The notes below the pieces were generated by a model. The model saw only the letters and a list, made by a program, of their open reading frames with translations, had not been told where the DNA came from and searched no databases. The position numbers and the translations under genes were made by a program. A stretch of 64,000 bases of DNA from Nannocystis bainbridge (GTDB lineage Bacteria; Myxococcota_A; Polyangia; Nannocystales; Nannocystaceae): NCBI RefSeq assembly GCF_028368995.1, contig NZ_JAQNDL010000001.1:4288001-4352000 (forward strand). Direction: 5' to 3'. Position 1 is the first letter of the stretch. Every line of letters begins with the position of its first letter. This document shows positions 38,318 to 47,808 of this stretch, one piece after another.

Positions 38318-40051
38318 TCACTTCTCGTCGCTCTTCGGCTTCGGCGGCGCGCGGAACACCGGAGAGGGGCCCGTCGAGGGCGTCGAGCCGATCGCCGGCA
38401 GATCGAGCCGCGTCGTCCCGCGCGTGGGCAGGCCCGTGCGGGGCAACGCAGTGCCATGCGGCGGAGTGCTGACGTTGTTGAGCGACGGCAAGCTCGGCGC
38501 TGGCGGCTTGCTCGGCTCGTTGGTCGGCAACACGCCCAGCAGCGTCTGACGCCGGCGCACCATCGGCGCGTCGCTGTCAGGCTTGGCCTCGGGCGCGCTC
38601 GCGGCCGGCGTCACCGGCCCGGCCATGAACAGCGAAGTGGCGCGCGGAGCCGGGGCCGGCGGCACCGCGGCGGGAGCGGCCGGCCTCTCGGACTTCAGCT
38701 CGGGCGCGGCCCCCGGCGTGAACGGCATCGTCCCGCCGACGCGCGGCACCCCGATGATCGGCGGCGCCACAGGCAGCGGCGTGTGGCCGATGTCCGGCAT
38801 GATGAGGCTGGGCGGCGCCATCGGACCCGCGGGCACCTCGGAAGACAGCGCGGCGGCCACCGAGTCGATGCGGGGCTTCGAGTCGTCGCTGTTGCGATCG
38901 CGGAGCAGCTCCGACAGCGGCGGCGCCGACGTGTGCGGCATCGAGAACAGATCGATCTCGAGGCCCGGATGCGGCGCGTCGGGGTCGCGCTCGATCGGCG
39001 CCGTGGGCTTCGGCGGCGCCGCGGCGGGCACCGGCGCGGACGCCATCGGCCCGGTCTCGGCCGCCACGAACCGCCGCGTCGGCTCGGCGATCTCGGAGCG
39101 CGCGTCGTTCAGGGCCGTCTCGGTGGCCGTCGGCTCGCCGCCGCTGCCGATCTCGCCCGACACGATCTCGCTGGCCGCCGCCTCGCTCGAGACCACGATC
39201 GTCGTGCGCCGCGAACGGGCGCGACGCTCGCGACGCAGCTGCGCCTCGAGGTAGTCCTGCAGACCCTTGCGAGCGCGCTTGATCAGGTCGTCGGTCACCG
39301 GGTCGACCGCCGCGTCCTTGATAGCGATCTGCACCTGCTCGAGCAGCACCGACGCCTCGTCGATGCGCTCGAGCTTCTGCAGCGCGAGCGCCTGCGCGGC
39401 GAGGATCCGCGGGTTGTCGCCGATCGTCTTGCGCGCCGCCTCGACGTAGGCCAGCGCCTGCTTGAACTTCTTGCTCTCGATCGCCAGGACGATGCCGAGA
39501 TCGAGCTGGTCGCGCGGCCCGAGCAGGCCCGCCGTCGTCAGCTTCTGCAACAGGTCGCGGGCCTTGCCGCGCTCACCGGCGAGCACGTGCGCGTGGGCCT
39601 GCGCGCTGATCAACATCACCGCCTCGGGCTGGCCACACAGCTCGGCCGTCTCGGCGAAGCCGGCTGCGGCCGCGTGGCCGTCGCCCAGCTTGAGGTTGAG
39701 CAGCGCGAGCTGCAGCGTGCGCCACGCGGCCGGCGCGAACAGGCGGACGATCGGCCGCGTGGGCAACTCCGTGATCAGCTCGCTCGCGCGAGAGCGATCG
39801 GCGGCCAGCACCTCGCGGCCGAGCGCTTCGAGTCGGCCCGTCACCAGGCCCGGCAGCAGCAGGAACACACCGAAGCCCGCGAGCACGAAGCTGACGCGCG
39901 TCGGCGTCGTCGACATCAGCAGCCCGATCAGGACGAGGACCCCCGGCACGGCCCACTGCACGACCTTCCCCTGGACGGGGCGGGGGCTCCGCAGCCAGAG
40001 ATGCTGCGGGACCACGACGGCCGGGAGCTCGCTGTGTTTGGGACCTGCCAT
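38318..40051 (-). CDS. Membrane protein with TPR-like helices and Pro-rich C-terminal tail
   Basis: Two N-terminal TM helices, helical repeats, Pro/Ala-rich tail. Confidence 0.65.
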   Translation of the reverse strand: MAGPKHSELPAVVVPQHLWLRSPRPVQGKVVQWAVPGVLVLIGLLMSTTPTRVSFVLAGFGVFLLLPGLVTGRLEALGREVLAADRSRASELITELPTRPIVRLFAPAAWRTLQLALLNLKLGDGHAAAAGFAETAELCGQPEAVMLISAQAHAHVLAGERGKARDLLQKLTTAGLLGPRDQLDLGIVLAIESKKFKQALAYVEAARKTIGDNPRILAAQALALQKLERIDEASVLLEQVQIAIKDAAVDPVTDDLIKRARKGLQDYLEAQLRRERRARSRRTTIVVSSEAAASEIVSGEIGSGGEPTATETALNDARSEIAEPTRRFVAAETGPMASAPVPAAAPPKPTAPIERDPDAPHPGLEIDLFSMPHTSAPPLSELLRDRNSDDSKPRIDSVAAALSSEVPAGPMAPPSLIMPDIGHTPLPVAPPIIGVPRVGGTMPFTPGAAPELKSERPAAPAAVPPAPAPRATSLFMAGPVTPAASAPEAKPDSDAPMVRRRQTLLGVLPTNEPSKPPAPSLPSLNNVSTPPHGTALPRTGLPTRGTTRLDLPAIGSTPSTGPSPVFRAPPKPKSDEK

Positions 40052-40171
40052 GAGTTATCCGCAGCCGGGCATACCTAGATCGGCGCAGCCCTGCAAGCTA
40101 GTTTGCGCCCGCGCCGGCTTTTCGGGCGGACCGGCGACAGATCGCGTGGCACGCCTGCTAGAATCGCTCCG

Positions 40172-41098
40172 GTGAGCTCCCCACTCGACCTCGGCCGCTT
40201 CGTCCAGCGCCGTCAGCTCCGCGGCTACGAACAGGACCTCGCCCGCGGCAGCTACGCCTACGGTGTCGATCTTCGCCGCTTCCAGTGGCTCAGCCAATCG
40301 CTGGCGGCCCAAACCGCCATGCGCGCGCTCGAATTGCGGTGGAGTGAACATGCGACGTCGCTGATGACCGCAGGGGACCTACAGTACCCCGAAGGTGCCG
40401 AGAGTCTCCCGATTCTGCAAGAGCTCATCGGGATCGCCGAGCTCCTGCGAGCCGGTTTACCCGGCATCCGCTTCGTCTCTGCGAAGGCCCGCGCGTCGGG
40501 TATGTGGCCGCTCGTGGCGCCGCTCTCCAACTCTCGCGGTGGCGACGCTTGGCTCGTCCTCGACCACGACCGCCTGCAAGCAGAGGCCCCGGAGGTCCGC
40601 GCTTTCTTCCTCGCGCAGGGCCTCGCTCATCTGCAATGCGGCCACGGTGGCCTGTTCATGGCGCATCTCATGAGCGCGCGCGACCGCGTCACGCACGGCC
40701 TCGTCCGCGCCTTGCTCCGCTCGTGGAGTCAGGTCGCCGTTTTCTCGGCCGACCGCGCCGGCCTGCTCGCCGCGGGCGAGCTCGAACCCGCGTTGCTCGC
40801 CCTCGATCGACGCGGCAGGCCGCAGCCCGACTGGCTGCCCACGTTCTCGCCGCGAGCCGAGCGCGAGCGCGCCTTACGAGAGTTCGAGCGCAGCCGCGTC
40901 GTCGCGCGCATTCGCTCGCAACAACGCCACCGCCGCGAGCGAATCCCACCCGAGGAGATCGTCGCGGCGCTCGAGAGCGGCGAGGTCCCCGGCGCCGCTG
41001 CGCAGCCGGCGGACGCACCCGCCGCCGAGGTCCCGGCCGACGCCTGGCCGCTCGCGCGCTGTGATCAGCGCCTCACCACGCGACTGAGGCTCCTGTGA
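40172..41098 (+). CDS. M48 (Ste24/HtpX)-like protein lacking Zn ligands
   Basis: QYPE, FFLAQGLAHLQCGH in place of HExxH, and SADRAGLLAAG; coupled to the downstream dynamin gene. Confidence 0.65.
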   Translation: MSSPLDLGRFVQRRQLRGYEQDLARGSYAYGVDLRRFQWLSQSLAAQTAMRALELRWSEHATSLMTAGDLQYPEGAESLPILQELIGIAELLRAGLPGIRFVSAKARASGMWPLVAPLSNSRGGDAWLVLDHDRLQAEAPEVRAFFLAQGLAHLQCGHGGLFMAHLMSARDRVTHGLVRALLRSWSQVAVFSADRAGLLAAGELEPALLALDRRGRPQPDWLPTFSPRAERERALREFERSRVVARIRSQQRHRRERIPPEEIVAALESGEVPGAAAQPADAPAAEVPADAWPLARCDQRLTTRLRLL

Positions 41099-42927
41099 TG
41101 ACGAGCTCCCCTCCGGATCCCGCTTCCTCTGCCCTCCTCTCCTTCGCCGACCACCTGCGCCAGGTCGCCGATCAGCTCGGCCTGCCGCGGCTCGGCGCCC
41201 AGGTCGCGCAAGAGACCTCTCGCCGGCTCACCGAGTCGCGCCTGCGCGTGCTCGTGCTCGGCGAGATCAAGCAGGGCAAGAGCACTCTCATCAACGCGCT
41301 CCTCGGCGAGGCCTTGCTGCCCACCGGCGTCACGCCCACCACTGGCGCAGTCGTGCAGCTGGTCCGCGGTGAAGTCACCGAGCGCCGCCTCCTCGGCCCC
41401 GCCGGCGCCGAGGTCCTCGCGCCCGAGCGCTTCACCGAGCTCGCGCGCGGCAAGTCGCCGATCGAGGGCTCGCTGGTGGTCACCACCACGAGCGAGCAGC
41501 TGCCGGCCGAGCTCGAGCTGATCGACACCCCCGGTATCAACGACATCCTCCGCCTGCGCACGCTCATCAGCCGCGGCGAGCTGCCGCGCGGCGACGTCCT
41601 GCTGCTCGTCCTCGACGCCACGCAGGTGCTCAAGCGCACCGAGCTGGCCTTCCTGCGCGACGCCCTGATCGCCGTGGGCGGCCTCGGCGACAGCGGAGCG
41701 ACCTTGCTGCTGGCGCTCAACCGCGTCGACCTGATCCCCGAGGCCGAGCGCCCCGCGGTCATGTCGCATATCGAGGCCCAGCTCGCTAGCATGATCCCCG
41801 GCCCGCTCGAGATCTTCCAGACCGACGCGCGCACCGCCGTCAAAGATCCGGCCAAGGACAGCCTCGGCGTGCGCGAGGTGCTGCGCCTGCGCGAGCGCCT
41901 CAAGCAGCTCGCCGGCCGGACCCGCGACCTCTCACCGCCGCGCGCGCGCACCTACCTGCTGCGCAACGCCGACCTGCTCGCCCACCACGCCGCCACTCTG
42001 GCCCGCGCCCTGCGGCTCGAGCACGCGGCCGTGCGCGAGGAGCTGGACGCCGTGCGCAAGGCCTTCGTCGAGCAACAGCTCGACGTCGAACAACAGCGCG
42101 CCACGATCGCCGCTCAGCGGACCGAGATCGTCGCTCGCACGCGCGAGCACCTGGCCAACTTCCGCGGCGAGCTCGAGGCCGCGATCTTCAAGCAGCTCGA
42201 GCGCCCCGACCTGCGCATCTCCGCCGAGCTGCTGCCGACCGCCTCGCAAGACGCGCTGATGCACTTCGTCTACAGCGAAGCCGAGCGCCTGCGGCTCGCG
42301 CTCGAGGCCCTCACCCGCGACGTCCTGCACACCGCCGGCGAGCAGGCCCAGCGGCGCCTGGCGGCCGCCATGCTCGGCCTCGGCCTGCGCGGCCCGGTCA
42401 TCCACATCCGCCCGCCCTCGGTGTTCGTCGAGGCCGGCACTCTGGTCGTCGGCATCGCCGGCACTGCGGTGATGTACTTCGGCAACATCGTCACCGGCCT
42501 GGTGATGACCGTCGCCGCCCCGCTCGCCACCATGGTGCTGCGCGAGCGCTCGGTCCGCGAGGTCCGCGACGCCGCGCGCGCCAGCGTCCCCCCGGCGCTG
42601 GCCCTCGCCTTCGGTGACCTCGAGTCCGCGCTCGTCCGCGCCATCGACGACCACGTCGCCACCCTCGAGGAGATCCTCGTGCTCGCCCACGGCCAGCTCG
42701 GCGATCAGCTGCAGTCCCTGCTGCAGCGCGTCCTCGACCTCGACGACCAGCCCGCGCTGCCCGCCGCAGATCCGCCGCAGGCCGCCGCGAACGAGCCCGT
42801 CCCGCAACCTGTCTCTTCAGCCAGCGAGGCGCGCAAGACCGCAGCCGCCGAGCTCCGCGCGCTCGAGCCCCGGCTCGCCGAGCTCCGCGCGCAGATCGCC
42901 GCGGTCCCGATCGAGCACGCCCGATGA
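41098..42927 (+). CDS. Bacterial dynamin-like GTPase with hydrophobic paddle
   Basis: GEIKQGKSTLINALLG, LPTGVTPTT, DTPG, LNRVD; hydrophobic hairpin near the C-terminus. Confidence 0.85.
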   Translation: MTSSPPDPASSALLSFADHLRQVADQLGLPRLGAQVAQETSRRLTESRLRVLVLGEIKQGKSTLINALLGEALLPTGVTPTTGAVVQLVRGEVTERRLLGPAGAEVLAPERFTELARGKSPIEGSLVVTTTSEQLPAELELIDTPGINDILRLRTLISRGELPRGDVLLLVLDATQVLKRTELAFLRDALIAVGGLGDSGATLLLALNRVDLIPEAERPAVMSHIEAQLASMIPGPLEIFQTDARTAVKDPAKDSLGVREVLRLRERLKQLAGRTRDLSPPRARTYLLRNADLLAHHAATLARALRLEHAAVREELDAVRKAFVEQQLDVEQQRATIAAQRTEIVARTREHLANFRGELEAAIFKQLERPDLRISAELLPTASQDALMHFVYSEAERLRLALEALTRDVLHTAGEQAQRRLAAAMLGLGLRGPVIHIRPPSVFVEAGTLVVGIAGTAVMYFGNIVTGLVMTVAAPLATMVLRERSVREVRDAARASVPPALALAFGDLESALVRAIDDHVATLEEILVLAHGQLGDQLQSLLQRVLDLDDQPALPAADPPQAAANEPVPQPVSSASEARKTAAAELRALEPRLAELRAQIAAVPIEHAR

Positions 42928-45900
42928 GCAGCGACGACACCCGCAAGCCCAAGGACGACGACAAGAACCCGCTGCGCTCGATGGGCACCGCCCTCGGCGG
43001 GTGGGCCAAGCGCGTGGGCACGATCCTCAGCGAGGTCACCCAGCAAGGCCCGCCCGAGGAGGTCGCGCGAGCGATCGGCCAGGCGCGCGAGCTCAGCCTC
43101 GGCGGCGATTATGCCGGCGCCGCCGCCCGCCTGCGCGAGCCGCTGACGCAGCGCCCCGCGGACCCCTACCTCAAGCTCGCGCTGGCGATCACCCGCGTCT
43201 CCCAGGTCCTCACCGGCAACGCCCACCTGAGCGTCCTGCTCGAGCTCGCCGAGCCGGCCAACAAGCGCGGCGAGCGGGCCCTGCCCGAGACCCTCGCCGA
43301 GGCCACGCGGCTGCTCCTGCGCGACGAGTTCGACCCCGCGCTCGACCAGCTCCGCCGCGGCCGCAAGCTGATCGAAGACGCCTCCGAGCCCGCCGTGCTC
43401 GACGGTCGCTTCCTCCTCAACCTGCTCACCACGCTGCTTCAGGTCCGCCGCGGCCGCTTCGAGCGCGGCCTGCTCGAGTTTCAGCGGGCCCGCGCGCGCC
43501 TGCCCGAAGGGACACGTGGTCCCCTGCGCGCGCTGCTCGTCCGCGAGGGCGCGCAGCTGCTCCTCGCCGAAGATCACCTCGACGAGGCGATCGCCTGGCT
43601 CACCGGCGAGGCCGACCTCGGCGGCGGTGTTGCCGAGGTCGAACAGGGCACCGCCGCCGCGCGGGCCTACCTCGCCGTCGCCCTCGCCGCCAAGGGCGAC
43701 CGCATCGGCGCCGAGGCCGTGCGCAGCAAGATCGCCGCCCGGTCCGAGTGGGAGGAGCACCTCGTCCGCATCCACCTGCTCCTCGGGACAGGTGCCGAGG
43801 CGCGCACCCTCGCCCTCCGCCACCTCCAGCAGGACCCGCAGAACCCGCGGCGGAAGCGGCTGTGGGCCCTGTGCGAGGTCGCTGCCTGGCCGGTCGGCGG
43901 CTCGGACGCTACGCCCGCGATCCGCTCGACCGTGCTCGACGCCCTCGTCGACGCCGCCGCCTCGGCCGCCGGTGAGCGCCAGGAGCGGTACCTCCACGAG
44001 CTCGCCCACGTCGCCCTGCGCGCCGACCTCCTGTCCGATGGGACAGTCGCGCTGATCCGCAAGCGACTGCAGGACGGGGCCGTCTCGGCGCCCGAGGAGC
44101 TGCGGCTCGTGCACGCGCGTCGGCGCCTGCACGACAACGACGAGCGCGCGGCCGAGGATTTTCTGCCCGGCCCGCCGCCGCGCTTCCGCAGCCAGCCCGA
44201 CCTCGGCGGCCCCTTCGGCCCCGACGAGATCTCCCCGCTACGCGACGCCAGCCAGCGCCTCGGCGTCCTGCGGAGCCAGCGGGCCCTTGCGTCCGCCGAG
44301 TTCTGCCTCAAGAGCCATGTCCTCGAGGACAGCCAGCCCGTCAACCTGAACGAGGCCGCGCAGGAGTACCTCGTCGAGGTCCTCACCGAGGCCCCCGAGC
44401 ACGTCCGGGCGCGGGCCCTGCTCGCCCAGCTCGCCCAGCCGCTGCAGAGCAACCGCCTCGAAGATCTGCTCGCGGCGGCCACCGCCCTGCTCGCCGCGAT
44501 CCCCAGCCGCGTCCTCGGCGTCCCGATCACCGGCGTCGCCGACGCGCTCTCCGGCGTGATCGCGGCCCGCGAGCGCCTGGCCCGGCCGCTGACGATCGCC
44601 GTCATGGGCGAGTTCTCGTCCGGCAAGAGCACCTTCGTCAACGCGCTGCTCGGCGAGGTCGTCGCGCCGATGGGCGTGCTGCCTACCACCACCACGATCA
44701 ACTTCTTCCGCCGCGGCCCGACTGGCGGCGCGCGCGTGCACTACCGCGACGGCAGCATCAGCACGGTCGCGCGCGGCGAGGTGCACACCTTCCTGCGCGG
44801 CCTCGACGACGTGGCGGCGAGCCGGGTGCGGCACATGGAGATCGAGCGCACCTCGGCGCGGATGGGCGAGGCGGCGGTGGTCGACACGCCGGGCCTCAAC
44901 GCGCTCGACGGCTTTCACGAGCGGGTCGCCCGCGAGTTCGTCGACGAGGCCGACGCGATCATCTGGATCTTCTCGGCGACGCGCGGCGGCGCGGCATCGG
45001 AGGCGGGCGTGCTCAAGAGCATGCGCGCCGACGGCCGCCAGGTCCTCGGCGTCCTCAACAAGGTCGACACCCTCGACCCCGAGGAGCGCGCCGAGCTCAC
45101 CGACTATCTCAAGCAGCAGTTCGGCGACGTCCTGCTCGACATCATCCCGGTGTGCGCGAGTGATGCCCTCGAGCTGCGCACCGGCGCGGCCGATCCGTCG
45201 GCGCGCCACGACGATCCGTTCCGCGCCGTCGAGGACGCGCTCGAGAAGCATTTCCTCGCCCACGCCCGCGAGCTCAAGCGTTCGCTCGCCGCCCGTCGCC
45301 TCGGCGACGCCCTCGCCGGCACCGGCGCCGCCGTCCGCCACGCGATCGCCGGCCTCGAGGCCAAGGCCATCCAGAGCGGCCCCGTCGGCTCCGACCCCGT
45401 GCACCTCGAGGGTCGCCTCGTCGCGCTCGGCGACAAGGTCTACGGCCAGCTGCTCGCCCTCGACGATCTGCTCACCCGCGAGTGCCTCGCCCTCGGCGTC
45501 CTGCGGGCCGGCGCCGGCGGCAAGATCCTCGTCACCGACCAGGACGTCACCTACCTGACGGCTGTCCTTCGGGACAGCATCCTGCGCGCCCTTCAGGCCG
45601 ACCTCGGCGAGCTGTCCCAAGAGCCAGACTCCGACGCCTTCTCCGACATCCTCGCCGCGCGCCTGGTCCCGTGGGCCCAGGGTTACCTCGACAGCCTCGA
45701 GTCGTCGGGCTTCATCGCTTCGCTGATCCACGAGCACGGCCACGGCGTCGCCAAGGGCGAGGCGGCCCTGCGCGAGCGCTACCGCAGCGCCCTCGCCCCG
45801 GTCGCCGCCAGCTGGCGCAAGTTCATCCGCGGGCAGGTCCGGGCGATCCGCCAGAGCATCGCGCAGATGCAGCACCGCACCACCTCCGCCCCCAGCGCCG

Positions 45901-45977
45901 AAGCCCTGCGCCTGCGCGCCACCACCCTCGCCGGCGTCGACGCGCTGCTCTCGGGCCTCGAGCAGGTCGCCCCCTGA
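42924..45977 (+). CDS. TPR-like N-terminus + dynamin-like GTPase
   Basis: GEFSSGKSTFVNALLG, PTT, DTPGLN, LNKVD; ATGA overlap with upstream gene. Confidence 0.85.
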   Translation: MSSDDTRKPKDDDKNPLRSMGTALGGWAKRVGTILSEVTQQGPPEEVARAIGQARELSLGGDYAGAAARLREPLTQRPADPYLKLALAITRVSQVLTGNAHLSVLLELAEPANKRGERALPETLAEATRLLLRDEFDPALDQLRRGRKLIEDASEPAVLDGRFLLNLLTTLLQVRRGRFERGLLEFQRARARLPEGTRGPLRALLVREGAQLLLAEDHLDEAIAWLTGEADLGGGVAEVEQGTAAARAYLAVALAAKGDRIGAEAVRSKIAARSEWEEHLVRIHLLLGTGAEARTLALRHLQQDPQNPRRKRLWALCEVAAWPVGGSDATPAIRSTVLDALVDAAASAAGERQERYLHELAHVALRADLLSDGTVALIRKRLQDGAVSAPEELRLVHARRRLHDNDERAAEDFLPGPPPRFRSQPDLGGPFGPDEISPLRDASQRLGVLRSQRALASAEFCLKSHVLEDSQPVNLNEAAQEYLVEVLTEAPEHVRARALLAQLAQPLQSNRLEDLLAAATALLAAIPSRVLGVPITGVADALSGVIAARERLARPLTIAVMGEFSSGKSTFVNALLGEVVAPMGVLPTTTTINFFRRGPTGGARVHYRDGSISTVARGEVHTFLRGLDDVAASRVRHMEIERTSARMGEAAVVDTPGLNALDGFHERVAREFVDEADAIIWIFSATRGGAASEAGVLKSMRADGRQVLGVLNKVDTLDPEERAELTDYLKQQFGDVLLDIIPVCASDALELRTGAADPSARHDDPFRAVEDALEKHFLAHARELKRSLAARRLGDALAGTGAAVRHAIAGLEAKAIQSGPVGSDPVHLEGRLVALGDKVYGQLLALDDLLTRECLALGVLRAGAGGKILVTDQDVTYLTAVLRDSILRALQADLGELSQEPDSDAFSDILAARLVPWAQGYLDSLESSGFIASLIHEHGHGVAKGEAALRERYRSALAPVAASWRKFIRGQVRAIRQSIAQMQHRTTSAPSAEALRLRATTLAGVDALLSGLEQVAP

Positions 45978-46231
45978 CGCGACCCGCGTGAGCCCATCGC
46001 GGCGGACCGATTCCTTCGGACCGCTGGAGGGCTCCTCGTCTCCATTCTCTTGCGCCGGCGGCCGCGGCTCGCGGCCGCCGCGTTCAGCGCTGTGAGGGCA
46101 CGGAGAGCCAGGCTCCTCTGACGCCCGGACCTGTGTGCAGGGTCGCCGGGCGCGGCGTGGTGCGCCTCCCGTCCCCGCTCGCCCCGACCTGTTCCGCCCC
46201 CGCGCCGATGCGCTATTGTCCGTCCTCGAGC

Positions 46232-46906
46232 ATGAGCCTTGAACACACTTGGCCCGCCTGGGGCCTCGATGAGGCCGGTCGCGGCCCGATCCTCGGCCCC
46301 ATGACCCTGGCGCTGGTGGCCCTCGACGTCGAAGCCGCCGCCGAGCTGCGCGCTCTCGGAGTTCAGGACAGCAAGCGCTTCGGCACCGGGGCCAAGGCCC
46401 AGGAGCTACGCGCCAACCTGACCGTCGAGATCCGCCGCCTCGCCCGCGTCTGCGTCTGCGTCGAGATCCACGTCGACATCATCGACGAGCACACCTTCCG
46501 CGGGCAGCTCAACGTGCTCGAGCAGCGCACCGCCCTGCAGCTGCTCATCGACGCTGGCACCCCCGAAGACGCCCACATCATCGCCGACGGCTGCCGGATC
46601 TTCACTCCGCTGCAGCGCAGCTTCCCGCGCCTGTGCGCCGTCGACAAGGGCGAGTCGGCCCACATCGCCGTCGCCGCCGCCTCCATCATCGCCAAGCACG
46701 CGCGCGACGAGGCCTTCGCCGCCATCGCCGCCCGCTACGCCGCCGATTTCGGCCCGATCGCCGGCGGCGGCTACCTCAACGCCGCCACTCGCCGCTTCCT
46801 CGACGCCTACAACAAGGTCCACGCCCGCCTCCCGCCCGAGGCCCGCAAGAGCTGGGGCGCCGAGAAGGTCGACACCAGCGCCCAGCTCTCGCTGATGGCC
46901 GAGTGA
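46232..46906 (+). CDS. rnhB: Ribonuclease HII
   Basis: GLDEAGRGP, DSK, IADG, KGES...VAAASIIAKHARD. Confidence 0.9.
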   Translation: MSLEHTWPAWGLDEAGRGPILGPMTLALVALDVEAAAELRALGVQDSKRFGTGAKAQELRANLTVEIRRLARVCVCVEIHVDIIDEHTFRGQLNVLEQRTALQLLIDAGTPEDAHIIADGCRIFTPLQRSFPRLCAVDKGESAHIAVAAASIIAKHARDEAFAAIAARYAADFGPIAGGGYLNAATRRFLDAYNKVHARLPPEARKSWGAEKVDTSAQLSLMAE

Positions 46907-46908
46907 CC

Positions 46909-47108
46909 TGTCCCCCGGGACAGCACCGCTCGCGGCCGGCCTGTCTCTCGAGACAGCTCATTTCACCGACGTGAGCGATGAATCGAGCTGTCCCATGAGA
47001 CAGGCACTCATGTCTCACGAGACATGCTCAAGAGCACATGTCCCAGACATCATGCTCTCTGCCACATGTCTCTCGCGACATGCCGCCGAGGACATGTCCC
47101 TTTCGCCA
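46909..47108. repeat. Cluster of TGTC-N6-GACA palindromes, including 7 contiguous 14-bp units (47011-47108)
   Basis: Exact copies at 46909, 46942, 46989, 47011 and 47067; degenerate units in register at 47025, 47039, 47053, 47081, 47095. Confidence 0.85.
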
Positions 47109-47112
47109 TCCT

Positions 47113-47730
47113 CTACTCGCCCTTGAAGTCGGCCAGATCTTGCCGGAGCTTCTCGAGCGCGTAGCGCATGCGACTCTTCACGGTATTCTCCGGCGCCCCG
47201 ACGACGTCGCCGATCTCCTTGAAAGAAAGCCCGTTGATCTGGCGCATCAGGAACACCTCGCGCTGGTCTTCCGGGAGCAGGTCGATCGCGCGAGCGATCC
47301 GCTGGCGGATCTGCGGCGCTGCTGCGCGCTCGTCGGTGGGCACCTCGTCGGCGGCCACCGTCTCGACCATCGCCGGCCCCTCGTCGTCGACCCCGCGGCG
47401 GGGCGTATCGAGCGACGTCGTGCGGCGGAACTTCGCGCGGCGGCTCTCGTCGACGCACAGGTTGCGGGCGATCGTGTAGAGCCAGGTCGTCAGCTTGGCC
47501 GTGCGCTCGTAGCGGTCCTTCGAGCGGACCACCCGGAGGAACACCTCCTGCAGCAGCTCTTCTGCGCGGCTGCGGTTCTGCACGCTGCGCAGCAGGAAGT
47601 TGAACAGCCCGCGGCGGTGGCGCGCGACCAGCTCTTCGAACGCCCGCGCGTCGCCGTCGCGGAAGCTCAGCATCAGCGCCTCGTCGCTGCGCGGCTCGGG
47701 CGGGCGGCCGTTGCGGTGCGGGTCGTCCAT
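47113..47730 (-). CDS. ECF-type sigma-70 factor
   Basis: AEELLQEVF, TWLYTIARN, LPEDQREVF, GLSFKEI, TVKSRMRYA. Confidence 0.92.
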   Translation of the reverse strand: MDDPHRNGRPPEPRSDEALMLSFRDGDARAFEELVARHRRGLFNFLLRSVQNRSRAEELLQEVFLRVVRSKDRYERTAKLTTWLYTIARNLCVDESRRAKFRRTTSLDTPRRGVDDEGPAMVETVAADEVPTDERAAAPQIRQRIARAIDLLPEDQREVFLMRQINGLSFKEIGDVVGAPENTVKSRMRYALEKLRQDLADFKGE

Positions 47731-47808
47731 GCCTTCGATGGCGGCCCTCAGTGTGCGCCCACCGCCTGCGCTCTGGCAAGACTCAGGCCAAAGCGCCCGC
47801 CGGCCGCC

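Noticed and set aside
47011-47108. Mini-CRISPR or integron attC array
   Set aside because: The 14-bp period is far too short; there are no RYYYAAC/GTTRRRY ends and no integrase.
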